Counted from the stretch's first letter, positions 21,535 to 31,923 are shown. The stretch is 64,000 bases of DNA from a bacterium (GCA_963669175.1 OY769902.1:2272001-2336000); one strand, 5' to 3'. Program-made: numbers and translations. The notes: generated from the sequence alone by a model not told the origin.

Positions 21535-22404
21535 TTAAATTCTATCGTGTGCGGTAGCCCACAAAACAGCCGGAGTGCGTACCGGGACACCGGCAAATTC
21601 GCCAATTGACGGACACTTGATTAAAACCAGGAAACAGATATTCTTATCCATCATTTCCAGGGTCTCAAAATTTCCCTGCCCTTTTGCAATGATAAGGTCT
21701 GCTTTATCAAAGGTTTGCCGGAAGCTGTCAGAACAATCATCCAACCAGGTTCCCGGCACATTGGAGCCGTTATCGATGACAGGAACCAGTTTGTCCAGCC
21801 CGGCCTGTTCGGCATCCTCACGCATGGCATCATTGAGAACCGGAGAACCTTTCACGCTGAGAACTACCTTGTCCCGTGGAAGTGTCTCGATGATCAGACG
21901 GTCAAAGACAATCTCACCCGCATTGTCCGCCAGGTAGAGGATAGACCCGGCCTTTTGCACCTGGTCCTGTAATTTTTTCAGCGGCTCAGGGTCAATGGTC
22001 ATGGTCAACAGGTCGTTGATGGCAGATTCCATCTGTTCACGGCTGAGAGTGTGGTAAATACCAAGGTCGATGGAGTTGCCGATTATGGCGATTTTGACCG
22101 CTTCCGTAAAAGGATCGTCCGCAGCTTCTACCCGTTCACGTAACATCGGCAACAGTTCGAGGGCTATGCTGTTGTGGAGACGCTTGTCCTTTTCAAAGAA
22201 GTCCACGACACCGGTCGCTTCACGCAAAATGTCGTGGATTTTCCAAGCCAGAACTGGTGGTGGCTGGGTGTGATCCTCAGTGGCGAGCAGGTTCAGCACT
22301 TCGCGGATAGTTGTTTCCTTCAGCGAAGCATCATCTGAATGGCTTTCCAGTATGTTCACCGCCTGTGAAAGCAGGCAGGGCATGCAGGTTGGATAGGAAC
22401 GCAT
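21535..22404 (-). CDS. DUF89/ARMT1-like damage-control phosphatase
   Basis: N-terminal CMPC, GNSID, DNAGEIVFD, NDA, KGQGNFE, KC. Confidence 0.9.
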   Translation of the reverse strand: MRSYPTCMPCLLSQAVNILESHSDDASLKETTIREVLNLLATEDHTQPPPVLAWKIHDILREATGVVDFFEKDKRLHNSIALELLPMLRERVEAADDPFTEAVKIAIIGNSIDLGIYHTLSREQMESAINDLLTMTIDPEPLKKLQDQVQKAGSILYLADNAGEIVFDRLIIETLPRDKVVLSVKGSPVLNDAMREDAEQAGLDKLVPVIDNGSNVPGTWLDDCSDSFRQTFDKADLIIAKGQGNFETLEMMDKNICFLVLIKCPSIGEFAGVPVRTPAVLWATAHDRI

Positions 22405-22464
22405 AGTATGGCTTCTCGTTGTTAGAACTACTGTGTCACGCTTTTACACAATGATTTGAGAATG

Positions 22465-22669
22465 TCGTCAGGTCACACGCATGAAAAGCATATGCGCAAG
22501 ACCTGACGAAACATCCATTGCGCAAGACCTGACGAAACATCCATTGCGCAAGACCTGACGAAACATCCATTGCGCAAGACCTGACGAAAAAGCAATATGA
22601 CAAAACCAATGTGACGAACACACTCGTTGTGTCAGGTCTTGATGCGCGAAGCGGGTTGTGACCTGACAC
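22465..22669. repeat. Family B REP-like pairs plus 26-bp tandem amplification (about 3.7 copies)
   Basis: TGCGCAAGACCTGACGAAACATCCAT repeated 22493-22589; hairpin GTGTCAGGTCTTG..TGTGACCTGACAC at about 22629-22669. Confidence 0.85.
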
Positions 22670-22824
22670 TCAAACCGGCATTCGCAAGTGAATTGTGTTA
22701 TAGCAGGCAATATGAGCTTTCGGTGCAAGAAATGAAACCCTCCGGAGGGAACTCGCAGCGGGTATGGAAAAACACAGTCGTTGAGCGTATACTGCAACAT
22801 CATTGAAGAAGGACAGCAGAACCG

Positions 22825-23949
22825 ATGGGAAGTAAACAGGAAGACAACAAGCCAACCCGTTCGGCGCTGAATGTGATGAAAGGCGTCGAAGGCGGTCATG
22901 ACGGCCTGCCGGGGCACGCTTCAAAGACTGCATCCAAGCGTCCGGCCCCCAAACGGAAACTGAGTACAGAAGACTATGTTGAAGGCGTACTCTCCGGTGA
23001 TCGTACCCGCCTTGCACGCGCCATCACACTGGTGGAATCCAACGCGATTCATCACCAGGAACAAGCGCAAGAAGTGCTGAAAGCTGTGATGCCGCATACG
23101 GGCAACTCGATCCGCGTGGGCATTACCGGCGTTCCCGGCGCTGGAAAAAGCACCCTGATCGAAGCTTTGGGCACCTACCTGACCGAGTCCGGGCATAAAG
23201 TTGCAGTGATGGCGGTTGATCCCTCCTCGAGTGTGACCAAGGGGTCCATTCTTGGCGATAAAACACGCATGGAACAGCTCAGCCGTGACCCGAACGCGTT
23301 CATTCGCCCCAGTCCCAGCGGCGGCACTCTTGGCGGTGTGGCGCGTAAAACTCGTGAGACCATGCTGCTGTTCGAGGCGGCCGGCTTCGATGTGGTGCTG
23401 GTAGAGACAGTAGGAGTGGGGCAAAGCGAGATCACGGTCCGTTCCCTTGTCGACTTCTTCCTGCTGGTCCTGATCGCCGGGGCGGGGGATGAGCTGCAGG
23501 GGATGAAGAAGGGCGTGATGGAAATCGCTGACGCAATCCTGGTGAACAAGGCGGATGGCGACAATCTTCGTTCTGCGCAACTGGCGCGCGCTGAATACGA
23601 ACGTGCGCTGCACTACCTGCAACCCGCGACCAAAGGCTGGATTACCAAAGCCTACACCGCTTCCGCTTTAACCGGTGATGGCATCGCCGCACTCTGGGAC
23701 GAAGTCAAAGCGTTCGAGCAGAGTGCGCGTGAAAACAACGTTTTTAACGAACGTCGCAAGCATCAAACCCGTGACTGGCTGCATAGCATGATGGAAGAAC
23801 GGTTGCGAGACCTGTTTTACCACCATGAGGCGGTTGCGAAGCACCTGAGCGATGTGGAAAAACGTGTGATGGACGGGAGTCTTCCCGCGACACAGGGAGC
23901 GTGGGAGCTTTTAGGCCTGTTCGAGCGATCCGGAAGAAGTGGGAAGTGA
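22825..23949 (+). CDS. meaB: Methylmalonyl-CoA mutase-associated GTPase MeaB
   Basis: GITGVPGAGKST, AVDPSS..GSILGDKTRM, ETVGVGQSE, GDELQG.KKG, NKADG. Confidence 0.95.
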   Translation: MGSKQEDNKPTRSALNVMKGVEGGHDGLPGHASKTASKRPAPKRKLSTEDYVEGVLSGDRTRLARAITLVESNAIHHQEQAQEVLKAVMPHTGNSIRVGITGVPGAGKSTLIEALGTYLTESGHKVAVMAVDPSSSVTKGSILGDKTRMEQLSRDPNAFIRPSPSGGTLGGVARKTRETMLLFEAAGFDVVLVETVGVGQSEITVRSLVDFFLLVLIAGAGDELQGMKKGVMEIADAILVNKADGDNLRSAQLARAEYERALHYLQPATKGWITKAYTASALTGDGIAALWDEVKAFEQSARENNVFNERRKHQTRDWLHSMMEERLRDLFYHHEAVAKHLSDVEKRVMDGSLPATQGAWELLGLFERSGRSGK

Positions 23950-24956
23950 TTAAGAATTAAGAGTTAAGAATTAAGAATTAAGAATTAAATCACTCAATTA
24001 GGAATTGGAAATGAGGAATTGGACAAAAACCCGACAGCAAGCAGTCGGGCCAGACGTGAAAGCCCGTTTGTCAGTTTTCGGCAACTATTTTTCCTTTGCG
24101 CCTTTGCGCCTTTGCGTCTTTGCGTGAAACGAATCAGTTAGAAGGTGGTTTTCATAGAATATCCTCGAGATCCCCGTTCAAGCCGGGGATGACATATCGG
24201 GCCGGAGATGATATGAAGCAATTAAGAATTAAGAGTTAAGAATTAAAAATCAAGAATAAAGTCACTCGATTAGGAATTAGAAATTAGAAATGAGGAATTG
24301 GACAAAAACCCGACAGCAGGCAGTCGGGCCAGACGTGAAAGCCCGTTTGTCAGTTTTCGGCAACTATTTTTCCTTTGCGCCTTTGCGTCTTTGCGTGAAA
24401 CGAATCAGTTAGAAGGTGGTTTTCATAGAATATCCTCGAGATCCCCGTTCAAGCCGGGGATGACATATCGGGCCGGAGATGATATGAAGCAATTAAGAAT
24501 TAAGAGTTAAGAATTAAGAATTAAGAATTAAATCACTCAATTAGGAATTGGAAATGAGGAATTGGACAAAAACCCGACAGCAAGCAGTCGGGCCAGACGT
24601 GAAAGCCCGTTTGTCAGTTTTCGGCAACTATTTTTCCTTTGCGCCTTTGCGCCTTTGCGTCTTTGCGTGAAACGAATCAGTTAGAAGGTGGTTTTCATAG
24701 AATATCCTCGAGATCCCCGTTCAAGCCGGGGATGACATATCGGGCCGGAGATGATATGAAGCAATTAAGAATTAAGAGTTAAGAATTAAGAATCAAGAAT
24801 TAAGTCACTCGATTAGGAATTAGAAATTAGAAATGAGGAATTGGACAAAAACCCGACAGCAGGCAGTCGGGCCAGACGTGAAAGCCAGTTTGTCAGTTTT
24901 CGGCAACTTTTTTTCCTTTGCGCCTTTGCGTCTTTGCGTGAAACGAATCAGTTAGA
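23949..24956. repeat. Tandem array of a 271-272 bp composite unit (3.7 copies)
   Basis: Units start at about 23949, 24221, 24492 and 24764; each has (AAGAATT)n, a CCCGAC..GTCGGG hairpin, (CTTTGCG.)n and, in full units, GAGATCCCCGTTCAAGCCGGGGATGAC. Confidence 0.95.
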
Positions 24957-25027
24957 CAGTGGTTGAGAATTCATCTTTTCAATTCTTAATTCTTCATTTT
25001 TAATTCTTAATTCTAAGGAGTTTCAGG

Positions 25028-25570
25028 ATGATAGAGTGGTACGTCCACGCTGTAAAAGCGCACCCGATCATTTCGAGTGCGATTCAGGTAGCCATACTGG
25101 GCATGTTCGGCGAACTGCTCGCCGGGAAGATCCGACTTGGGAAGTGGTATTTCTTCGGCCCCGGACCGTGGCGCCTGATCGCCAAGATCATCATCTGGGG
25201 TTTCCTCGGCATCACCTTCAAGTATTCCTTCGCCGGCTTTTTCGGCTTCTTTGACGCCCTGGTTCACAAGGGCTTCTGGCCGGAGTTCGGCGGAAACCTG
25301 TACTGGCGGGCTGTCTCCGTATCCACATTTTGCAACCTGCTGTACGGTCCGATGATGATGCTGTTCCACCGTTGGACCGACAACTGGATTGAGAAAAAGG
25401 AGATGGATTGGCCCAGCCTGCAGAAGGCATGGAAAACCCTGCTCTGGTTCTGGATTCCTGCGCACACTATCACCTTCTCGCTGCCCTCCCATTTCCAGGT
25501 TGGACTGGCAGCAGTCTGGGCAGTTGCATTGGGGATTATCCTGGGATTATTTGCAAGAAAAGCGAGTTAG
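25028..25570 (+). CDS. Mpv17/PMP22-like membrane protein
   Basis: HPIISS near N-terminus, WFWIPAHTITF.LP..Q....A.W...L motif; RBS AAGGAG. Confidence 0.75.
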   Translation: MIEWYVHAVKAHPIISSAIQVAILGMFGELLAGKIRLGKWYFFGPGPWRLIAKIIIWGFLGITFKYSFAGFFGFFDALVHKGFWPEFGGNLYWRAVSVSTFCNLLYGPMMMLFHRWTDNWIEKKEMDWPSLQKAWKTLLWFWIPAHTITFSLPSHFQVGLAAVWAVALGIILGLFARKAS

Positions 25571-25652
25571 ACTTGATTCTAAGAGTTGTTAACGGTAGAT
25601 TATAACGCCGGATATGCTAAATTGAGTGTTTGAAGTAGACAACAGGAGGTGT

Positions 25653-26130
25653 ATGATGAAAAAAAAACATCACGTTAACTCTTACAGTTGTACTGCTACT
25701 CTTCGCGATATCGGCAATCGCCGCACCACCGCCACCAGAACCACCACCTGGCGAACTTTACGAATATACACACCAGCTTACGATGCTCCAAGATAACCCA
25801 CAATACTGTCACATCCCGCAAGGTCCGACTCACTCCTATGTGGAGGCTAATCTTTACGTACAAGCGTGGGAAACTGATGGTGATCAAGATCTTGAAGCGG
25901 TTTATGGCGAAATTGGAATAGGGGAACAGCAGGGTCAATATTACATTCAATGTTTTGTTAGTGAGTATGCTTTGTTCCATCCACCCTATGTAAATGAGAG
26001 TACATATCCTCGATCATCGATTAACCTGAACCGAAATGATTTATACCAAAGACTATACGTTTCAGATGACCATGGTGAAACGGTCTTTGATTGTACATAT
26101 TTTACAATATGTTTGGACGGTATTTGGTAA
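25653..26130 (+). pseudogene. Small secreted protein, frameshifted at an A9 tract (phase-variable or sequencing error)
   Basis: RBS GGAGG then ATGATG and A9 (25659-25667); A8 would give MMKKNITLTLTVVLLLFAISAIAAPPPPEPPPG in frame with ORF 25783-26130. Confidence 0.7.
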
Positions 26131-26196
26131 TTAGCTGGTTATAGCTTATGGGTTGCCATACAGGGTGCTATGAAGACATATTCAAGAGGTCATAAA

Positions 26197-28506
26197 GTGA
26201 AGAATAGATTTAGTTTTGCATATCTTGTCTTGTTATTGTGTTTCATTTTCACTTCTGAGCTAAATGCCTTATGGTTTTTTGAGCAACCTGGTATTGGCAG
26301 CCCAAAGAGTTATTTAGCTGACTCTTCTGGAGTAAATGCACTGTTAGGTATGAATTCTGGATTATGGAAGACAGATAATGAATTTCATGATTGGCTAAAT
26401 ATGGATAATAGCTTCGATGATTATGATTTAGAAGGAATAGAATTTATAATATCACTAAATGAATCATTAGATACATTGATAATTAATAGTTATTTTGGTG
26501 GTACAGGGATAGAAAACGCATATTCTTTTGACGGAGGGCAAACATGGCAGCTACCTGATGTAGAATATAGTGGATATAATGATTATATTTCTTATAGTAG
26601 AAATAATCACAGTAATTGGTACTATATCAGTCAAGAATCATATGCTTATTCAATAGATTTCGGCAATACTTGGACTGAAGTTCAGTTGCCATACCTTTAT
26701 TCAAAAACAGGAATTTATGTGGATCCATCGTATGAATACACTATTTACTATACATCATCCTATTATGGAAATGATGAAGTATCAAGAGGAGGATTGGTTC
26801 GTAGTGAAAGTAATTTTTCTTCATCTCAAGAATTAATTAATTTTTATGAAATGTTTGGGGTTTCAGATTTCTTTGTGGTTAATGATGTGTCTAGAATGTC
26901 GAACAATGAACTTATCGTTACTGTAGATGATTTTGACAACCGTGATTTCTGGGGTCCGCTTCCGCTTCTTGTCTCTGATGACGAAGGCGAAACGTGGGAA
27001 CGAATCGGAAGTGGATTGCCAACGCGATTTTCGCCTGGAACCATTCTTGAGGATCAAAGTGTTCCAGGCCGTGTTTATTGTGCCAGCAATTATAAAATGG
27101 GCGTGTACATTTCTAACGATTTTGGCCGTACTTTTACACGCATGACAAATGGCATGCCTGAGCAGATGACAATGGTTCACGATCTCCGGCAAAACGAATA
27201 CAGTGGCCTCTTATCTGTATGTATCGATGGATGGGGAGTCTTTACTTCGGAGGATAATGGAAATACCTGGGTTCCAATAGAAAATTATCCTCCTGTTGGC
27301 ACATCTTATTCCAGATGTAATGCTGTAGAATCATCTTTCATAGTCGGGAATGAAATGTACAGGAATTTTCTATTTGATTACGACCAGGAAGAGTGGATAG
27401 ACCTGTCATTTCCCGTGGCCGAAGATACTCTAATCCAGATGGCCGTGCCTTTCTGGCGGCAAGGCAACCTTCTTAGAACGATCTATTGGAAACTTCCCTA
27501 TATCTACAGTCTGCCAGTTGTAGGCATCGCTGCAAGCAACGATTTGGGAGACAGTTGGGAATTCGGCGAAACTCTCAGTCCGATCCCCCGGTTGGATCAG
27601 AGCTTTTTCGAGGAGGATGAATTCTGTCGACTGGTGTCCCGATGTTATAACCTGTACGATACACTGATGGTATCATTTGATAAAGGTGACTCATGGGAAA
27701 CATGGCCGCTTGATTTTAACTGTTCAAACATCATCCAAGACCGGAATACGGTCTATGCCAAGGCAGCAGAAGGAATTTACAGGACGAGTGACGAGGGAGA
27801 AACATGGGTGAACATGGATTTTCCGCAGCAAATGGAAGACTACTATTACGGATTTGAGATAATTGACGACAAGATGTTTGCATTGAATTTTCATAACCAC
27901 TTGGTGAATTGCTGGATATGGTCGGAAGAGGCAGGTTGGGAGAATCGTAGCACGCTGCCCTTTGTGTTCAATGCAGATTTCGAATTGGTTCCGACAGAGA
28001 CAGATACCTTCTTGGTCTACCCGGTTACAAGTACTGATTCCTTTTACGTCTCAAATGATGGCGGGTATACGTGGGATCAGCGCACCGTTGAGTTTCTGCA
28101 CTCGGATATCGATCACGGCAGCATCAGCAACCTCTATTATCATAGAGAATATGATCGTGTTTGGGCATCCTCGGATATCGGGGTGGTTTGGATATCCACG
28201 AATGATTTAGCCGTAGAAAACCATCCATTACGAGCGATTCCCGCTGGTTTTGGAGAAATGGAAGTCTTTCCCAACCCAACCAATTCGGCTGTAAAGGTGT
28301 ATTTCAATCTTGATGAGTACGCCCGGGGTGATATAAAGATATTCGACATTGAGGGGCGAGAAGTTCTTTCAGAGCAAGGCAGAGCCTTCAACAGGGGCAT
28401 AAACCTGCTGAATTACGATTTAAATAATCTTGCTTCGGGGACATATTTTATGCAAATAAGCGTTGGTCGCAAAGAACATACACGGAAAATCATTCTCATC
28501 AAATGA
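26197..28506 (+). CDS. Secreted beta-propeller protein with BNR/Asp-box repeats and T9SS-like CTD
   Basis: Repeated SxDxGxTW motifs; CTD FPNPTN..FDIEGREV..ASGTYF..KIILIK; GTG start with GAGG RBS (ATG 26170 is an alternative). Confidence 0.85.
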   Translation: MKNRFSFAYLVLLLCFIFTSELNALWFFEQPGIGSPKSYLADSSGVNALLGMNSGLWKTDNEFHDWLNMDNSFDDYDLEGIEFIISLNESLDTLIINSYFGGTGIENAYSFDGGQTWQLPDVEYSGYNDYISYSRNNHSNWYYISQESYAYSIDFGNTWTEVQLPYLYSKTGIYVDPSYEYTIYYTSSYYGNDEVSRGGLVRSESNFSSSQELINFYEMFGVSDFFVVNDVSRMSNNELIVTVDDFDNRDFWGPLPLLVSDDEGETWERIGSGLPTRFSPGTILEDQSVPGRVYCASNYKMGVYISNDFGRTFTRMTNGMPEQMTMVHDLRQNEYSGLLSVCIDGWGVFTSEDNGNTWVPIENYPPVGTSYSRCNAVESSFIVGNEMYRNFLFDYDQEEWIDLSFPVAEDTLIQMAVPFWRQGNLLRTIYWKLPYIYSLPVVGIAASNDLGDSWEFGETLSPIPRLDQSFFEEDEFCRLVSRCYNLYDTLMVSFDKGDSWETWPLDFNCSNIIQDRNTVYAKAAEGIYRTSDEGETWVNMDFPQQMEDYYYGFEIIDDKMFALNFHNHLVNCWIWSEEAGWENRSTLPFVFNADFELVPTETDTFLVYPVTSTDSFYVSNDGGYTWDQRTVEFLHSDIDHGSISNLYYHREYDRVWASSDIGVVWISTNDLAVENHPLRAIPAGFGEMEVFPNPTNSAVKVYFNLDEYARGDIKIFDIEGREVLSEQGRAFNRGINLLNYDLNNLASGTYFMQISVGRKEHTRKIILIK

Positions 28507-28526
28507 AGTATTTGAAACAGGGCTGA

Positions 28527-30437
28527 TCAGACCGTCATCGCAGCTTTCCAGCCTTCCTTGACCGCATCGTAGATCTGGCGCGGTTGGGAAGCATCCCCAA
28601 CGACCTGCACCGAGATGCCGTGCTCACGCAGCACAGCGCTCAACTCATCAACCGGGCTGGCTCCAACCGCTGCGACCACCGAATCAAACGGACCGATCTC
28701 ACTACGTTGCCCGCGCGATTCAATGGTCGCCATACCATCACGCATGTAGACCAGCCTGGTGTCCGTATGAATCTCCACTTTCGCAGCGGTCAGTTGCTTC
28801 ATCGCCAGTTTTCGGCTGACCGGTTCCATGTCACGTGCGATCTCTTCCAGCATTTCGACTATGACCGGGGTTTTGCCCGCCTTGAGCAGGAATTCCGCGG
28901 ATTCCACACCGACCAGCCCGCCACCGACAATAAGCACACGTTCACCCGGATCATGCCGTTCCGTCAGGATATCCTCACCGGTCAGGATACGGTCCAAGCC
29001 ATCCACTGAGATCAGGCGTGGTTGAGAACCGGTTGCCAGGATAACTTCGTCCGGACGTTCATTTATAATCCGTTTCAGGTCCGCTTTGGTGTTCTTATGG
29101 AGGGTGATATTCGCACGTTCTGCCGCGTTTACCAGGTAACTGAAGGGCCGATGCATCCGTTCCTTGCCCGGCACCAGGAATGCCAGCTCGAACTGACCGC
29201 CGAGATGATCACGCGCCTCAAACAGGGTCACACGATGGCCACGTTGTGAAGCTGTAAGCGCTGCCTGTAAACCGGCCGGACCACCACCGATTACAACGAT
29301 TTGCTTTTTCGTTGAGGGGGCTTCCTGTACACGACCTTCAGCGCCGACTTCCGGATTGATAATGCAACCGATGCCAACGCCTGTCTTTACTTTCAACAAA
29401 CAGCCTTGCAGGCAATGGCCGCAATAGGCTATTTCTTCGTCACGGTTTGCCAGCATTTTATCTGGGAGGTCCGGATCAGCGACCAGCGCGCGTCCCAGGG
29501 CAACCGCATCTGCTGCTCCGGAAGCCAGTGTCTCCTCAATCTTGTCCGGATCACCCATACGTCCCGCCACAATAACCGGCAGCTTTGTTGACTGCTTTAT
29601 TGCGGCGCAGAGTTCTTCGTTTTTCCCGGCGGGCAAGGCCATGTGCTGGTAGTACCAGGGCGGGGTATCGCAGGCGGACCCGGTGACAACGTGCAATGCG
29701 CTGACACCTTCTGCTTCCAGAAACGCTGCCATCTGTTTGGCGTCGTCCAGCGTCAGACCGCCCTCAACTTGTTCGGAAGCGGAAATGCGTGCAATGATGG
29801 GAAAGTCAGTGCCGACCATCTTACGGATTGCCTGCAACACTTCCTTACCGAAACGCTGACGATTCTCCGGTGTGCCGCCATAGGCATCCGTACGCTTGTT
29901 GGTGCGTAGCGACCAGAACTGGCTGACCAGGTAGCCCAGCCCGAACTGGATTTCGATAGCATCAAACCCGGCCGATTGCACACGCTTTGCCGCATTTCCG
30001 AACGCCTGCACGATTTCAGCGATGCGTTCAAGGCTGAGTTCTTCCGGTGTCTGACCGGTGGAAGGGCAAGGAACCGGGGAGGGAGCCTCGGCAGGCGCTC
30101 CGGCTGCTTTGGGATTGGCAGCACGTCCGGCATGATTGAGATGAGCTATTGCTACCGCTCCACCCTTGTGGATTACGTCGGCAAGGTTGCGCAAGCTGTC
30201 GATACGTTCATCCGATTCAGCGCCGAGCTGTTTGGGATGCTCACGTCCTCGTCGATCAACGGCTATCGGTTCAGAGATAATGGCACCGGCTCCTCCACGA
30301 GCCCGTCTCTCGAAATAAGCCAGGGTTTGAGGGGTCGTGTCGCCCGCCGGGGTGCCGTAACCCGTTTTTACCGGCGCCATCCAGAGCCGGTTCTTCACCT
30401 GTAACGTACCAATTGTTATAGCGTTAGCAGCCTGCAT
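28527..30437 (-). CDS. NADH:flavin oxidoreductase (Old Yellow Enzyme barrel + Fe-S + FAD domain)
   Basis: KNRLWMAP, HAGR, NKRTDAYGG, GRALVADP, CGHCLQGC..C..NP, GGGPAG. Confidence 0.92.
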   Translation of the reverse strand: MQAANAITIGTLQVKNRLWMAPVKTGYGTPAGDTTPQTLAYFERRARGGAGAIISEPIAVDRRGREHPKQLGAESDERIDSLRNLADVIHKGGAVAIAHLNHAGRAANPKAAGAPAEAPSPVPCPSTGQTPEELSLERIAEIVQAFGNAAKRVQSAGFDAIEIQFGLGYLVSQFWSLRTNKRTDAYGGTPENRQRFGKEVLQAIRKMVGTDFPIIARISASEQVEGGLTLDDAKQMAAFLEAEGVSALHVVTGSACDTPPWYYQHMALPAGKNEELCAAIKQSTKLPVIVAGRMGDPDKIEETLASGAADAVALGRALVADPDLPDKMLANRDEEIAYCGHCLQGCLLKVKTGVGIGCIINPEVGAEGRVQEAPSTKKQIVVIGGGPAGLQAALTASQRGHRVTLFEARDHLGGQFELAFLVPGKERMHRPFSYLVNAAERANITLHKNTKADLKRIINERPDEVILATGSQPRLISVDGLDRILTGEDILTERHDPGERVLIVGGGLVGVESAEFLLKAGKTPVIVEMLEEIARDMEPVSRKLAMKQLTAAKVEIHTDTRLVYMRDGMATIESRGQRSEIGPFDSVVAAVGASPVDELSAVLREHGISVQVVGDASQPRQIYDAVKEGWKAAMTV

Positions 30438-30717
30438 GTGCCCTCCCGGAAGAAGAAATTGAGTTTGTTTATTCTTTGGATGCACAATGTTTCCAAATGT
30501 TTATCCCTACTTGTGGAAGCACTGGTCCAGAATTCCATCGCAGGCACGACTAGCCCGAATATTTCATGAACGGAACATGGATATTCATCTTAACACAGTT
30601 CATATCAACACAATACAACTGATTCATACAGCATTTTTCAGGGGACAGTTTGCTCCGGTATCCCTTTGCGTGTCTATTCCCTGTTTCGCTGGCAAAATAG
30701 GCTGAGAATCGGCAACC

Positions 30718-30964
30718 GCCCCGGCAGGGGCAACCTGTATTAGCCCCGGGCAGCCGCCGTTAGTTTGGCGGCTACCCGGGGAGATAATGCGCACCATATA
30801 TTTACTCCGTAAGGAGTAACCTGATAATTATCAAAAGTATACAGTGGAAATATTCAGGCAACCCGCTGCCGGGGTTGGCAAGTAGCGTACATCCTATTCC
30901 CACCGTGAGCGCCAAACAGACGGCGCTGGACGGTGGGCTAATACAGAGAACCACTGCCGTGGTT
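30718..30964. repeat. Inverted REP-like doublet (family D: GGCA-loop hairpin + CTGTATTAGCCC)
   Basis: 30718-30780 and 30899-30964 share architecture in inverted orientation with different but still-paired stems. Confidence 0.7.
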
Positions 30965-31043
30965 CTTGTACTGGCCATTCCATCAAATACCAAATTTGAA
31001 ATTGCATTGGTGAAATATTCGGGCTAGGGATATGAAACAACAC

Positions 31044-31397
31044 TTATTGTTGTCGCGCCTTGAAAATGACCGATGTTCCCAATTCGATCAGCAGACCCCA
31101 GACAATGCCAGCGAGGATATAAATCCCGGCCACCGCAAAACCGCCTTCACCGGTCCAGATCAGGGGAAGGGCAAGGGGCAGGCTGCCAAGGAATCCCATG
31201 ACGACACCGTGCAAAGCCCATTGCATCTTCCAGGCGGAGATACCGATGACAAAGCCGATAAACATCCGGTTCAGTAAAGCGCTGACAAAGGTCAGCATGC
31301 GAATATCCTCGGGGGTATTGTCATAACCTCCCCACCCGCAGATAACACCCGCAACGGTTCCGAACACCAGTGCGAGCCAGAATCGTTTCGCGTACAT
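31044..31397 (-). CDS. Small hypothetical membrane protein (about 4 TM)
   Basis: Hydrophobic ORF with GGAG RBS. Confidence 0.7.
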   Translation of the reverse strand: MYAKRFWLALVFGTVAGVICGWGGYDNTPEDIRMLTFVSALLNRMFIGFVIGISAWKMQWALHGVVMGFLGSLPLALPLIWTGEGGFAVAGIYILAGIVWGLLIELGTSVIFKARQQ

Positions 31398-31512
31398 ATT
31401 TTCTCCCGGTTGCTTGGTTTTTTAGTAGACTACACAAATGTGCAGTAATAGTAACTGGAAATCAAGAGTAGCCATGAAGAAAAGCGAAAAACTGCTTTTA
31501 CTCCGGAGTATA

Positions 31513-31923
31513 TCAACGAAATGTAGAGGGAAGGCCAACAGAGGGAAGACTGAATCCGTAAAACTCATCCTGTTCGATGTCATAGAGAAGGCGTTGTCCT
31601 CTGCCGCCGGGCATGGCGTTCAAAGAGACTGCTACGATGCTGTCCGGCCAGTAGATCGAGAACTCCCATTGCATCAAGAGAACAGAATCAGGTTCCAGGT
31701 AATGCAGTTCCACGAGCAGGTCGTGGGTGGGAGGATCAACGCGATGATGCGCCAGGTATTGTTGCGTACTGTAATAGAGATCGCCGGTATATTCCATTGC
31801 CTGGTCAACGCTCAGATCGGATAACTTGTCCAGTTCCCCGTAGAGTATCGGAAGAGTTATAACCAGGATGATTATTACCATGACGAAGACAATGACACTT
31901 GTAGCTTTCAGCGCGCGTCCCAT
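31513..31923 (-). CDS. Hypothetical membrane-anchored protein, pilin/pseudopilin-like layout
   Basis: Single N-terminal hydrophobic helix followed by a small domain similar to the C-terminus of 16136-17104. Confidence 0.6.
   Translation of the reverse strand: MGRALKATSVIVFVMVIIILVITLPILYGELDKLSDLSVDQAMEYTGDLYYSTQQYLAHHRVDPPTHDLLVELHYLEPDSVLLMQWEFSIYWPDSIVAVSLNAMPGGRGQRLLYDIEQDEFYGFSLPSVGLPSTFR

Noticed and set aside
22493-22589. 26-bp repeats as a mini-CRISPR or iterons
   Set aside because: Head-to-tail with no spacers, no rep gene nearby, and the core belongs to the family B REP.
23949-24956. Possible CRISPR array
   Set aside because: Whole 272-bp units are near-identical, there are no unique spacers, and no cas genes are in the window.
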